32,000 nucleotides of DNA from Wolbachia endosymbiont of Cimex lectularius (GCF_000829315.1 NZ_AP013028.1:270001-302000), one strand, 5' to 3'; counted from the first letter of the stretch, positions 1 through 11,099 are shown. The notes: generated by a model from the letters alone, not told the origin. Made by a program: numbers and translations.

Positions 1-185
1 GGTATGAGTTGGAAATTGCTGGAACTATGGATAAAGAGGAGCGTTTTAACGCGTCTTTTCATTTTTAAAATTTCACACAAAAGCTGAGAGAAACAACAGT
101 TGCGTCTTTTTCGTAAGGGTAGCTGATTTATGGAAAAAGGGAGTGGTAAGGCTCCCAAACTACAAAGACATTCACAGGAGAAAAC

Positions 186-404
186 ATGAGAAAAAAGGTA
201 TTAACTGTAACTTGTCGGTATGAGCTTGATGAGTTAGCAGAGCAACATCTAGCAGACGCTTACGATCTGTTACTAGAATTTGCAGTAAAAAGAAACAATG
301 AAAAGGAGGTAGAAAAAAATGATAATAGTGGCCTTATATGCGAGAGTTTTATCGAAGAACCAAGCGCAGAACAATACAATAGAGAGCCAAATTGCGGAGC
401 TTGA
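186..404 (+). CDS. Small conserved-looking protein upstream of and overlapping the recombinase start (possible phage-associated ORF)
   Basis: 72-aa ORF; overlaps the recombinase start at 319 in another frame. Its C-terminus may be out of its original frame. Confidence 0.4.
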   Translation: MRKKVLTVTCRYELDELAEQHLADAYDLLLEFAVKRNNEKEVEKNDNSGLICESFIEEPSAEQYNREPNCGA

Positions 405-2046
405 GCGTAAAATTGCAGCAGATAGGCATGAGTTATTAGATGAATATAAATTTAAGGACGATGGCTTTGGCGGATAAAATTTAGAGCGAGATGGTTTAAA
501 AGCGTTACTTAGTAAGGCAGAAGAAGGAAAAATTAATAAGATTTATATTCATGCACTTGATCGTTTGTCACGTGACGGTAGAGATCAAAGAGATGTAATA
601 GATGAATGTAAAAGAGCACAAGTAGAAATAATCTCTTTAGATTGTAAGATTGATAATACTCCATCATCCAATTTGCTAGTGGATGTAAAAGGAGCAGTAG
701 CAAGGCATGAACTTGGACTAATCTCGGAGAGAAGTATGAGAGGAAAACTTCATGCTGCGAGAGAAGGTCGTATCAGTGTAATAGGTAGTGCACCTTTTGG
801 CTATGATCGTATTAAGCATGTAGATAAAGAAAAAATAAAATTTGAAATAAATGAAGAGGAAGCAAAAATAGTGCGAGACCTGTTTAAGTGGGTAGGTCAA
901 GAAAGAATAAGTATAAAAGAGGCCGTAAGAAGACTGAAAGAAAGGTGTATCCTTTCCCCGAGAGGTAAGAGAGTGTGGAATGTATGTACAATTCATAGAA
1001 TATTGAGGAATCGAGCATACAAAGGAGAAGCAGCATATGGTAAGACAAAAGTAGGGCCACTAAGAAAGGAAGTAAGAGCAAGGTGGAAAGTACGCAAAAA
1101 AAAATATTCTGTTTATAATAATAAAGAAAAAGATTGGATAAAAATAAGAGTACCAAGGATAGTTGAGGAGGAATTATTTAATATAGTACAAAAACAACTT
1201 GATGAAAATAGAGAGAGAGCAAGAGTACAACAAAATGGAAGAAAGCATCTATTACAAGGAATAATAGCATGTGGGTATTGCAAATATACTTATTATATAG
1301 CAAGAAATGCTAAGGGAAGCAGATACTATCATTGTACTGGCATAGATGCAAATCGTTTCGGTGGGACCAGGGTATGTAACAGTAAATCAATCAGAGCAGA
1401 GATGCTAGAAATGGTTGTATGGGAAGAAATAAAAAGGGTATTAAAAGATCCAGATGCAATTGCAAAGGAGTATAAACATAGGCTTTTAGAACATAAAAAT
1501 GGGCAACTAAATGATTAACTTGAAAAAGAAAGAGGCAAATTAGAACAAGGTATCAAAAGACTAGCTTATGTTTATGCTCGAGAACACATAACTCAAGAGG
1601 AATATGACCAAGAAGTTGAGGGAATGGAGAAGAGGTTAAAAGCAATTAAAAACCAGCAGGAAAAAATGATTAATAAAAAGGAGATAGAGGAGGAATTAGA
1701 TTTTAGCATAGGTGGCGTAAAAGTCTTTGCCTCTGGGGTTGAATCAGAACTTGATCAAGCAGATTTGGAGACTAAACTTAGTATAATTCTATACTTAGTG
1801 AGAAGCATTAAAATTGACCACGATGATATGCACATAGTGTTTCGATTTCAAGAACTGGCTATGGAAATGCAAGAAAAAAATGTTCAACATTGTATCGTGA
1901 TGCAAAACTCAATGTATTTGGCGTACTATTGTTTAATTTTTCGCACTATGTGCACTGCATGTCTTTTAAAACTACGGGGTTTCTACCCATACAAGCTGAA
2001 ACGCGCTTATAAATCGTTTAAGACATCACCCAACGCCGGATTTTAA
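319..2046 (+). pseudogene. Large serine recombinase, phage WO-like, degenerate
   Basis: One frame from ATG 319 gives MIIVALYARVLSKNQAQNNTIESQIAELERKIAADRHELL..., then stop TAA 475-477, then NLERDGLKALLSKAEEGKINKIYIHALDRLSRDGRDQRDV...GLISERSMRGKLHAAREGR (resolvase domain), a recombinase domain and a Cys-rich zinc ribbon (CGYCKYT...HCTG...C). Second stop TAA at 1516-1518, after which the same frame continues. Confidence 0.85.
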
Positions 2047-2376
2047 AATAGAGAGTGGAATAACTAGCTACCTCGGGGTTTTATTGTCCTTTTCTTCTGC
2101 TTGGTAAATTTCTTAAATATTATAGCTTAGACTAGTTGCATTTAAAAGCAGCTAAATTGCAGCGTTTAAGACATAAAAACGCCAATACTGAAAATAAATA
2201 CCGACTAGGGCTTCTTTTGCTTTTTTTTTCTGCTTAGTTTAGGTTATGCAAGAAATCTAATGCCCGTACAGTCACAATAGATCTGGAAGTTTTTATAGAA
2301 CTAAAACTAAAGAAAACTTGCATGTGAACTTATCAAGGTGTAAAATTAAAATTATTTTAAAATGAATAGGTAAATT

Positions 2377-2976
2377 ATGAATCTTGTTACAAAATCCGCT
2401 ATTGATTTTACTGCTCCGGCTGTTCTCTCTGACGGAAAAGTAGTTGACAGTTTCTGTCTAAGCAAACATGTAAAAGATAAGTATGCGGTCCTTTTTTTCT
2501 ATCCACTTGACTTTACCTTTGTATGCCCAACTGAGTTGATATCATTTAGTAACAAAATAGAGGATTTTTCGAAACGTGGTGTTGAAGTTATAGGAGTAAG
2601 TGTAGATTCAAAGTTCTCACATCATAGGTGGCGAGAGACCCCAGTTAATGATGGTGGTATTGGAGAGATTAGCTACACTTTAGTATCTGATATCAAAAAG
2701 TCTATATCAAGAGACTATGGAGTATTGTATGATGACTCAATTGCACTAAGAGCAACTTTCATTATTGATGATCAGTTTGTTGTACGTCATCAATCAATAA
2801 ATGATTTACCTTTAGGACGTAATATTGATGAGTTCATTAGAATCGTTGATGCAATTAAACATAACAAAGAGCATGGTGAAGTATGTCCAGCAGGATGGAA
2901 GAAAGGCAAACCAGCAATGCAAGCAAGTGATGAAGGAGTAGCTGACTACCTGAACTCATACAGTGAACAATTATAG
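2377..2976 (+). CDS. 2-Cys peroxiredoxin (AhpC/Prx family)
   Basis: 199-aa ORF with FYPLDFTFVCPTE peroxidatic Cys motif and C-terminal GEVCPAGW resolving Cys motif. Confidence 0.95.
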   Translation: MNLVTKSAIDFTAPAVLSDGKVVDSFCLSKHVKDKYAVLFFYPLDFTFVCPTELISFSNKIEDFSKRGVEVIGVSVDSKFSHHRWRETPVNDGGIGEISYTLVSDIKKSISRDYGVLYDDSIALRATFIIDDQFVVRHQSINDLPLGRNIDEFIRIVDAIKHNKEHGEVCPAGWKKGKPAMQASDEGVADYLNSYSEQL

Positions 2977-2978
2977 AG

Positions 2979-3929
2979 ATGGGGCAACTTAGTACAAAAG
3001 TTCTTATTATTGGGTCTGGAGCAGCGGGTTATGCTGCTGCTATATATGCAGCACGTGCAAACTTAGAGCCAATTGTAGTAACTGGAATGCAACCTGGTGG
3101 TCAACTTATGATTACTACGGATGTTGAAAATTATCCCGGGTTTATTTCAATACAAGGTCCGGAATTAATGGAGCAAAAGAGGTTGCATGCAGAGAAGGTT
3201 GGAGCAAGAATAATAAATGATGAAATAAAGAGCGTTGAACAACTTGAGGATTCTAATGAATATAGATTTAGGTCTTTTGGTGATATTAATGACTACTACT
3301 CAGATGCAATGATCATTGCATCTGGTGCGCAGGCAAAATGGCTTGGCCTGGAGAGTGAAAAGAAATTTCAAGGTTACGGGGTCTCAGCGTGTGCAACTTG
3401 CGATGGTGCATTTTTTAGAAATAAAGTTGTAGCTGTTGTTGGTGGAGGAAATACCGCCGTTGAAGAAGCAATATTTTTAACCCGCTTTGCCAAAGAAGTT
3501 ATACTAATACACAGGCGTGATAAATTAAGAGCAGAGAAGGTAATGCAAGACAGGCTCTTTAAAAATGATAAAATAAAAGTAGTATGGAACCATACTGTGG
3601 AGCAAATTCTTGGAGAAGAAAATCCAAAGAAGGTTACTGGCATTGCAATTAAATCAATAGAAACTGGAAAGATTCAAGAATTGAAAGTGGACGGAGTGTT
3701 CATTGCAATTGGACATGCACCAAATACAGGTATTTTTAAGGGCTTTGTTGAAATGGATGAGCAGGGTTATATAATTACAAAACCTGGAACAACTTTAACT
3801 AGTAGAGCAGGGGTGTTTGCTGCAGGTGATGTTCAGGATAAAATATATCGCCAGGCAGTAGTTGCAGCGGGGACTGGATGCATGGCTGCGCTTGATGCAG
3901 AGAAGTTTTTAGAGTGCATTGTCAACTAG
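2979..3929 (+). CDS. trxB: Thioredoxin-disulfide reductase
   Basis: 316-aa ORF; GSGAAGYAAAIYAARA FAD motif, CATCDG redox motif, GGGNTAVEEA NAD(P)H motif. Confidence 0.95.
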   Translation: MGQLSTKVLIIGSGAAGYAAAIYAARANLEPIVVTGMQPGGQLMITTDVENYPGFISIQGPELMEQKRLHAEKVGARIINDEIKSVEQLEDSNEYRFRSFGDINDYYSDAMIIASGAQAKWLGLESEKKFQGYGVSACATCDGAFFRNKVVAVVGGGNTAVEEAIFLTRFAKEVILIHRRDKLRAEKVMQDRLFKNDKIKVVWNHTVEQILGEENPKKVTGIAIKSIETGKIQELKVDGVFIAIGHAPNTGIFKGFVEMDEQGYIITKPGTTLTSRAGVFAAGDVQDKIYRQAVVAAGTGCMAALDAEKFLECIVN

Positions 3930-4011
3930 ATTGGAATTTGGAAAATCTCTTGACATTTTCTTTATTCTCTTAATATAATTACATCAATAAATTGTCAGTG
4001 GTAGGGGCAGC

Positions 4012-5277
4012 ATGCCTTTCAGAAGCGATGGAACATATAGTTTTGTCTATGAAGAGTCAAGAGCTAATCGAGTACCAAGTAATCAGAGAACTCCAAAACC
4101 ACTTAGTGCGCTAACAAAAAAGTTATTTGATACTATTGATGATGAAAACCTAGAAGATTTTAAACAAGCTCTGGCAGAAGGTGCAGATGTTAATGCGTTT
4201 GATGAAGAAGGAATGACACCTTTAATGTCTACTGCTAATGCTTACATAACTAGTAATGATCAACCCACATTAGAAAAAATGGCTAAATTGCTTATACAAA
4301 ACAGAAGTATTAATATTAATGCTCAGAGTAAGCAAGCTATATCTGAAGAACAATGGCGGTATACTCGTGATTTTCAGGGTGTTATACTGTTAGGGTTTAG
4401 GCCAACAGCTGATATGCGCAAAGACACAGCCTTACATATTGCTTGTCAAGTTGGGGCTAAAGATATGGTAAAAATGTTGCTCACACACCCGGATGTGGAA
4501 ACTGATGTTAGAAATTGTGAATATAAAAGTCCTGCGAATTGTATTGCAAGAGGATCTGAGGACATAATAAAATTAGAATTTGAAAAAGCGCAAAAAGGAA
4601 AAGAGTTATTAACTGTCCTTCCTGAGGATATTGGCTCAGCGCAAACTCTATTGAATCAAGATTTTAATCCTAACTGTTGGAAAGAAAACCAAAGTGGAGA
4701 AATAGAAACGCCTCTTAGTTTAATTATCAAATCGTGTTTAGAAGGAATAACAGAAGATAAAAAAGAAGTATTGGTTAAGCTTTTGAAACATAAGGAGCTG
4801 GATTTTAGTCAGATAAAGTCAATACCTGCAATAGAACAGCTAGGGGGCATGAATAATATACCAGTGGATTCTACTGAGCAGTTTGTACAAGAGCTTGTAG
4901 AAAAACTTGAAAAGATAAAAGCTCAACCTACAAAGAAGGATAGAAAACTGAACAATACAAGAGAAGAGTCAAATGAGAGGATTCATCGAAAAAGTGATGG
5001 ACGAGCAAATTCTCCAGGCGGAAAACAAAACAACTACGCTCTTACATTTTTTATATTGTCGGGAACATTTGTTGTTGGTGCGTGTTTAACGATAGTGGAT
5101 TATCCAGAGATAAGTGCTGGTCTTGCTGCAGTTGCGCTGGGTCTTTTTTTAGTAGGGTATTTTTTATACAAAGGGGATGAAAAAGACATAGGACCTGGTA
5201 GTGCTACCGATAATCCTCAAGTTACAAGTATTTTTATTTCTTCTCCAAATTCTGCTGAAAATTTTTGTACATATTAA
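4012..5277 (+). CDS. Ankyrin-repeat protein with C-terminal transmembrane segments
   Basis: 421 aa; ankyrin-like units (ALAEGADVNAFDEEGMTPLMSTA; KDTALHIACQVGAKDMVKMLLTHPDVETDVRN) and C-terminal hydrophobic ALTFFILSGTFVVGACLTI...AGLAAVALGLFLVGYFLY. Confidence 0.85.
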   Translation: MPFRSDGTYSFVYEESRANRVPSNQRTPKPLSALTKKLFDTIDDENLEDFKQALAEGADVNAFDEEGMTPLMSTANAYITSNDQPTLEKMAKLLIQNRSININAQSKQAISEEQWRYTRDFQGVILLGFRPTADMRKDTALHIACQVGAKDMVKMLLTHPDVETDVRNCEYKSPANCIARGSEDIIKLEFEKAQKGKELLTVLPEDIGSAQTLLNQDFNPNCWKENQSGEIETPLSLIIKSCLEGITEDKKEVLVKLLKHKELDFSQIKSIPAIEQLGGMNNIPVDSTEQFVQELVEKLEKIKAQPTKKDRKLNNTREESNERIHRKSDGRANSPGGKQNNYALTFFILSGTFVVGACLTIVDYPEISAGLAAVALGLFLVGYFLYKGDEKDIGPGSATDNPQVTSIFISSPNSAENFCTY

Positions 5278-6169
5278 AAACGTCTTGATAATTTAGGTGA
5301 GTGTAAACTTGGGTAGTTTCCAGGCTTGAGTGGCCAAGCAGTTGTTGTATTGACCTTATGTCAACATTTTCTTGAAGCAAATGAGTGGCGAAACTGTGAC
5401 GGAATGCGTGTGGAGATAGAATTTCTGGCAAATTTAACGTTCTCCTTATCTTCTGCAAACGATTAGCGACGTAAGTTCTTCCCAATTTTTTTCCTCTTAC
5501 TCCCACAAAGAGATATTGTGCTTCATCGTCAATGCCAAGGTAAGGACAAGCTTTTATATATTCTTGTATGCATTTTTTTACTACCGGAAGAATAAATACC
5601 TGCCTTTGTTTGTTTCCCTTACCTGTAATTATTAAATTTTCGCCACTTACATCACTAATCCTAAGACTTAGCGATTCACTAATTCTTAAGCCTGTGCCAT
5701 ATAATAGAACAATAATCGCAACTTCTCTTTTTATTACCCAAGGCTCACCCAAATCAGATAATTTCATTTCTTTTAGTAGAGTTTTTATATCAGATATTGA
5801 TAATGCTTTAGGCAAAGTTTTTCTCTGAATTGGCTTTGACAAGGAAAATACAGCCTCATTATTTATTTCATAGTTGTTTTTTATGTACTTGAAAAAGTTT
5901 CTGACTGCTGACAGTGCGCGAGTGTTAGACCTTGCATTTACGCCTCTTGCATAACGGAAACTAAGCCAGCTTCTTAGCTCAGATATGCTCAATTTTTCTA
6001 AGGAACCAACATTTACTTCTCCACCAATGTGAGCGCTGAGGAAACTTATAAGATCCTTTAGGTCTCTCATATATGATTCTAAAGTGTTAGGTGAGTAAGA
6101 TCTATTGCATCTCAGCCATTCATACCAATTTTCAATGATTGAACCAAGGTTACTTTTTAAAGAAGGCAT
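5234..6169 (-). CDS. xerC: Tyrosine recombinase XerC/XerD family (probable XerC)
   Basis: 311 aa; LYGTGLRISE, HAFRHSFATHLL, LGHSSLETTQVYTHLN catalytic boxes. Confidence 0.85.
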   Translation of the reverse strand: MPSLKSNLGSIIENWYEWLRCNRSYSPNTLESYMRDLKDLISFLSAHIGGEVNVGSLEKLSISELRSWLSFRYARGVNARSNTRALSAVRNFFKYIKNNYEINNEAVFSLSKPIQRKTLPKALSISDIKTLLKEMKLSDLGEPWVIKREVAIIVLLYGTGLRISESLSLRISDVSGENLIITGKGNKQRQVFILPVVKKCIQEYIKACPYLGIDDEAQYLFVGVRGKKLGRTYVANRLQKIRRTLNLPEILSPHAFRHSFATHLLQENVDIRSIQQLLGHSSLETTQVYTHLNYQDVFNMYKNFQQNLEKK

Positions 6170-7547
6170 CGATACACGCGTCGCGGAAAGCTTCGTTTAT
6201 ATCAGGGTGAGAGTGACAAATTCTATATATATCCTCTGCTGCAGCACCATATGCCATTGCAACTGCTGCTTCGTTAATTAACGTATCAGCATATGCTCCT
6301 ATGATGTGTACGCCCAGCATTGTGTCTGTGGTGCTGCAAGTTAGCACTTTCACGAATCCTTCGGCATCATCAGTGATTTTTGCTCTGCCATTTGCAGCAA
6401 ATTGGCATTTACCAACTTTATACTTGCGACCGGCACTTTTCAGTTCCTCTTCGGTTTTACCAATTGAAGAAACCGCAGGGTGAGTGTAAATGACGGATGG
6501 TATGATCCCATAGTCAACGTGAGGTGACTGCCCTGCTATTGTCTCTGCAACTGCCACCCCTTCTTCTTCTGCTTTATGAGCAAGCATTGCTCCACCAATT
6601 ACATCACCGATGGCAAATATTCCTTTCACATTAGTTTCATACCTGTTGTTAACTTGAATGAAACCACGATTATCTTTCTTTATCTTTTCATCGATACCAA
6701 GACCCTCGGTGCACGGTTTGCGACCTACTGCAACGAGCACCTTATCTGCCTCTATAGTGTTTATTTGGTTATCTTGAGCAGAGCAAACTTTTACACTGAG
6801 AGAATTACTATTTTGTTTTATCTCCTCAACTTTAGTGCTGAATAAGAATTTTATTCCTTGTTTTTGCAGACTAGAAAGAAGAGACTTACTTAATTCTCCA
6901 TCCATTGCTGCAGCGACTCTATCAAGAAACTCTACTACAGTGACTTCAGACCCTAGCCTTTTCCATACAGAAGACATTTCAAGTCCTATTGCCCCAGCTC
7001 CAATTACAACAAGCTTTTTTGGCACTTCAATTAGAGACAACGCACCGGTAGATGAAATGATATTTTTCTCGTCAATATTAATTCCTGGCAAAGAACTAAC
7101 ATCAGCACCGGTTGCAATTACTATATTTTTTGTCTTCAACGTCTTGCCTTCAACTGAAACTTCAAGATTGCCTTGATCAAAAGCGATAATTTTTCCAAGT
7201 CCGTTGATTTTAGTGATCTTGTAAAGGCTGAACAGATATTCTATGCCTTTTCCGAGTTCCTGAACTCTGGCGTCCTTATACCCTAGCATTTCTTTTAGGT
7301 CGAAGCTTGTATCCTTAACTTTTATGCCAAGTTTTGACAGATCATTTTTCGTATGGGCATACTGATAGGAGGAGTGAAGTAAAGCTTTAGAGGGTATACA
7401 TCCAACTCGCAGACACGTACCGCCAAAAATGCTGTTTTTATCTACGCAGGCAACTTTCAATCCAAGCCTTGCAGCAGCAATGGCACACTTATAGCCGCCT
7501 GGACCGCCACCTATAACAATCAGATCATAATCAGTCATAAAAAACAA
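6150..7547 (-). CDS. lpdA: Dihydrolipoyl dehydrogenase (E3)
   Basis: 465 aa; GGGPGGYKCAIAAARLG, GGTCLRVGCIPSKALL redox disulfide, HSHPDINEAF C-terminal catalytic His motif. Confidence 0.95.
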   Translation of the reverse strand: MFFMTDYDLIVIGGGPGGYKCAIAAARLGLKVACVDKNSIFGGTCLRVGCIPSKALLHSSYQYAHTKNDLSKLGIKVKDTSFDLKEMLGYKDARVQELGKGIEYLFSLYKITKINGLGKIIAFDQGNLEVSVEGKTLKTKNIVIATGADVSSLPGINIDEKNIISSTGALSLIEVPKKLVVIGAGAIGLEMSSVWKRLGSEVTVVEFLDRVAAAMDGELSKSLLSSLQKQGIKFLFSTKVEEIKQNSNSLSVKVCSAQDNQINTIEADKVLVAVGRKPCTEGLGIDEKIKKDNRGFIQVNNRYETNVKGIFAIGDVIGGAMLAHKAEEEGVAVAETIAGQSPHVDYGIIPSVIYTHPAVSSIGKTEEELKSAGRKYKVGKCQFAANGRAKITDDAEGFVKVLTCSTTDTMLGVHIIGAYADTLINEAAVAMAYGAAAEDIYRICHSHPDINEAFRDACIDAFFKK

Positions 7548-8640
7548 ACCTATTTTCTAAAGAATAAACACCGTTTCCCTCAGTTGTCACATATATCTTA
7601 TCATGGGTAAACACTGGAGTGTGAAACACATTGCCAGGTATTTCAATTGTCTTTCCTGTGTTTTCAGATCCAGGAAAAGCAAACACCAACCCTTTATCAC
7701 TTGTTACCCATAAAGTATGAGCATACATAATTGGAGCAAATAATTGCGTATTTTCTATTAAACCGGACGTCCAGACTGTTTCTCCGTTTTGTATGTCGAC
7801 ACCGATTATTTTATTATCTTTAGTAATTATAAAAGTCCTGCCACCGGCTCTTTGTTCCTTTGCAGGGATGAGAGGACTATAATATGATACAATTTCTGAT
7901 ACACTTTTTACTTGCAGTGACTTTGACCATAGAATGTTTCCTGATTTTACGTCAATACCATAAATATAAGAATTGTTTGTAACTACTAAAATATCACCGA
8001 GCATTCTTGGTGTAGTGGTCACATCTGTGAGCTGTGTGTTCAAAAGGTTTGTAGCCAATTTTTGGCTCCACAATTTTTTACCATCTTCGTTAAAAGCTAT
8101 CAACTCACCATTTGAAAACGGTGCTATTATTTTATCATTGGAAATTGCGGGTGATATGGAATATAAACCACGAACCACATTGATACCATTTTGATAAGTC
8201 CAAACGGAGCTACCATCTTTTATATCAAATGCATACAGATAGTTATCGATGGTTAATACTATCAGTTTATTGTTTGTTACTATTGCTTTTCCTCTTACCG
8301 GAGCTCTCGGTTCTTTTTTCCACTGGACCTCGCCAGTTTTTGCATCTATTGTATGCAGAACGTTATCTACTATAAAGAAAACAATTCCTCTATGGTGCGA
8401 TAGGCTCATGTTACCAATTTTTTTTCTGTGTGGAAGGTGCAATTTCCAATTCAAAGTCCTTGGGTTATCAGCATCAAAGGAATACAAGGTGCCGTGCTTA
8501 TCTGCCAGAACGATACTGTTTTCTGTAAGCACCGGAGCAACATAACCTTGCGATAATTTTTTATCGACTAAGGTTATTCGTTCACTTGCCATTGTGTAAC
8601 TGCTACACAATAACATTATCATAACAATTATTACTTTCAT
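7531..8640 (-). CDS. PQQ-binding-like beta-propeller repeat protein, BamB-like
   Basis: 369 aa with N-terminal signal-like sequence and repeated W-x-x-x-L / G-x-V-x-A-x-D blade motifs (GTLYSFDADNPRTLNWK, NTYLYAFDIKDGSSVWTY, NSYIYGIDVKSGNILW). Confidence 0.75.
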   Translation of the reverse strand: MKVIIVMIMLLCSSYTMASERITLVDKKLSQGYVAPVLTENSIVLADKHGTLYSFDADNPRTLNWKLHLPHRKKIGNMSLSHHRGIVFFIVDNVLHTIDAKTGEVQWKKEPRAPVRGKAIVTNNKLIVLTIDNYLYAFDIKDGSSVWTYQNGINVVRGLYSISPAISNDKIIAPFSNGELIAFNEDGKKLWSQKLATNLLNTQLTDVTTTPRMLGDILVVTNNSYIYGIDVKSGNILWSKSLQVKSVSEIVSYYSPLIPAKEQRAGGRTFIITKDNKIIGVDIQNGETVWTSGLIENTQLFAPIMYAHTLWVTSDKGLVFAFPGSENTGKTIEIPGNVFHTPVFTHDKIYVTTEGNGVYSLENRFVFYD

Positions 8641-8720
8641 TACTTATTGAAAACAAGACTTATCAATATACATACTAGAAGTGTTAACCACAATGAAAAT
8701 GTTCTCAGTTGAACCAAGAG

Positions 8721-11099
8721 TTAAATATCAACATCATGCACATTTAGTGCATTGGTATTGATAAAATCACGACGTGGTTCGACTATATCGCCCATTAACA
8801 CTGAGAATATAGAATCAGCTTCCTCACAATCTTTTATTTCAACTTTGAGCAAAGTTCTAGTTTCAGGATTGAGTGTGGTCTCCCAAAGTTGATCGGCATT
8901 CATTTCGCCAAGACCCTTAAATCTCTGCAGAGTTAAACCTTTTTTACCATAATCCATTATTATTTTTGCAAGTGCACTCGGAGATTTAATCTTTATTTCA
9001 GTTTCTTGTGACTTTAAAAATGAATCACCATTGAATAAGTCAATTATGTCATCAAGAGAACTCAATATATTTTGTATTTCTTTGCTTTCAAGCATGCTAA
9101 GCGGAAATATGTATTTGTCTGCCAGTCCTTGAAATAACTTAGAGATATACACTTCTCTTTCTTCATCTTTTATTTCTGCTTCCCAATTGTATTCGTTATA
9201 CATTAACTTTAAATATTTCAATATCTCATCAGCAGATGATAGGGCATTCTTTTTGCTTAGAATTAATAGTGACTCCAATAGATTTTGTGGTATTTCCCTG
9301 TCATAATTTTTGCTAATGTTTGAAATACTAAGACATTTATCCAAAACAAAGCGTAAATCTTTGTCTGTACTGCTTAATGTTAATCTTTTAACCGCCGAGT
9401 TTACTATATACTCTTCAAAAGTTTCGTCATCTTTAATGTAAGTATCTTTAGCATTTTTTGTAACTTTATAGAGAGGTGGCTGTGCTATATATAAATACCC
9501 TCTTTCAATTACTTCACGCATATACCGAAAAAAGAAAGTTAGAATTAAAGTTCTTATATGTGAACCATCAACGTCTGCATCTGTCATAATGATAATTTTA
9601 TGATACCTAGTTTTCTCAATATCAAAATGCTCACTTCCTATTCCAGCACCAATTGCCGTAATCAAGGAGCCAATTTCTGCGGATGAAAAAATACGATCTA
9701 AACTTACACGTTCTACGTTTAGAATTTTCCCCCTTAAAGCAAGTACTGCTTGTGTTTTACGATTACGCCCCTGCTTTGCAGTACCGCCTGCAGAATTACC
9801 CTCTACTATAAATAACTCCGATAACTCAGGAACTTTTTCCTGACAATCGGCAAGCTTTCCAGGTAGAGTGGAAATATCAATGGTGTTTTTGTTTTTAACT
9901 AACTCTCGCGCTTTTCTTGCAGCTTCTCTTCCTTTAGCTGATCTGATAGCTCTTTCTACTATACTCGCTGCTAATTTTGGATCAGTTTCAAGTATTGTAC
10001 TTAGCTTATCAGAAACTATGTTTTCTACAACTGTGCGCGCTTCAGAACTGACTAACTTGTCTTTTGTTTGTGAAGAAAACTTAGGGTCAGGCATCTTAAG
10101 AGATAAAACACAGGTTAACCCTTCTCTAACATCTTCTCCAGTCAGATTCACTTTTGCCCTTTTCAAAAACCCTTCGCTAGTTGCATAATTGTTAATACAT
10201 CTAGTTAAGGCAGACCTAAATCCTGCCAAGTGTGTACCACCATCTCGTTGTCTTATATTATTTGTAAAGCACAGCATATTTTCGTAGTAGGAGTCATTCC
10301 ACTCCATTGATACTTCTACGCTGATGCCGAGATCTTTTGTATCGCATCTCATGCTGGCAATTTTGGTAACATGCGTCTTATTTTTATCTAGATATCGCAC
10401 AAAATTTGCTGTACCAAAATTATCTTGAGACTGTTTACTATCATTAAAATGAGACTCTACGTGTGGTTTGTTACGGAGATCACGCAAAGTGATCTCGATA
10501 TTTGAGTTTAAAAATGCTAATTCTCTAATACGACTCTCAAGGGTAGAGTAACTAAAGTCAATACCACTGAAAGTCTCTGTTGATGGCATGAACGTTACTC
10601 TAGTTCCTCTTTTATTTGTATTTTCGTTTACTACCTTTAAAAGCTCAATGGACTCACCATCTTCAAAGCGCATAAAGTGTTCTTTCTTGTTGCGCCAAAT
10701 AGTTAACTCCAGCCAGCTTGATAATGCATTTACAACTGAGATTCCAACACCATGTAATCCACCGGAAACCTTATAGGTATTGCTGTCAAATTTGCCACCT
10801 GCGTGCAGTTGGGTCATTATTACCTCCGCTGCTGATATTCCTTCTTCTTCGTGGATATCAGTTGGAATGCCACGACCATTGTCGGTTACGGATACTGAGC
10901 CATCTTCATTTATGCTAACTTCAATTTTATCACAATACCCAGCTAAAGACTCATCTATCGCATTGTCGACAACCTCATATACCATATGGTGCAAGCCAGA
11001 CCCATCATCAGTATCACCAATGTACATACCTGGACGCTTCCTTACAGCATCAAGGCCTCTTAAGATTTTTATTGCATCAGCGTTGTAATTACTTTCCAT
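8721..11099 (-). CDS. gyrB: DNA gyrase subunit B
   Basis: 792 aa; RKRPGMYIGDTDDGSGLHHMVYEVVDNAIDE, VEGNSAGGTAKQGR, LTLQRFKGLGEMN. Confidence 0.97.
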   Translation of the reverse strand: MESNYNADAIKILRGLDAVRKRPGMYIGDTDDGSGLHHMVYEVVDNAIDESLAGYCDKIEVSINEDGSVSVTDNGRGIPTDIHEEEGISAAEVIMTQLHAGGKFDSNTYKVSGGLHGVGISVVNALSSWLELTIWRNKKEHFMRFEDGESIELLKVVNENTNKRGTRVTFMPSTETFSGIDFSYSTLESRIRELAFLNSNIEITLRDLRNKPHVESHFNDSKQSQDNFGTANFVRYLDKNKTHVTKIASMRCDTKDLGISVEVSMEWNDSYYENMLCFTNNIRQRDGGTHLAGFRSALTRCINNYATSEGFLKRAKVNLTGEDVREGLTCVLSLKMPDPKFSSQTKDKLVSSEARTVVENIVSDKLSTILETDPKLAASIVERAIRSAKGREAARKARELVKNKNTIDISTLPGKLADCQEKVPELSELFIVEGNSAGGTAKQGRNRKTQAVLALRGKILNVERVSLDRIFSSAEIGSLITAIGAGIGSEHFDIEKTRYHKIIIMTDADVDGSHIRTLILTFFFRYMREVIERGYLYIAQPPLYKVTKNAKDTYIKDDETFEEYIVNSAVKRLTLSSTDKDLRFVLDKCLSISNISKNYDREIPQNLLESLLILSKKNALSSADEILKYLKLMYNEYNWEAEIKDEEREVYISKLFQGLADKYIFPLSMLESKEIQNILSSLDDIIDLFNGDSFLKSQETEIKIKSPSALAKIIMDYGKKGLTLQRFKGLGEMNADQLWETTLNPETRTLLKVEIKDCEEADSIFSVLMGDIVEPRRDFINTNALNVHDVDI

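Noticed and set aside
3-68. Possible C-terminal coding tail YELEIAGTMDKEERFNASFHF* at the left edge
   Set aside because: Too short to assign a family; it may be the end of a gene lying outside the window.
884-1156. Antisense ORFs within the recombinase (718-996 and 884-1156)
   Set aside because: Low-complexity hydrophobic translations opposite a clear coding frame.
3374-3643. Antisense ORF in trxB, with similar ones in gyrB and lpdA
   Set aside because: They overlap well-supported conserved genes and show no recognisable motif.
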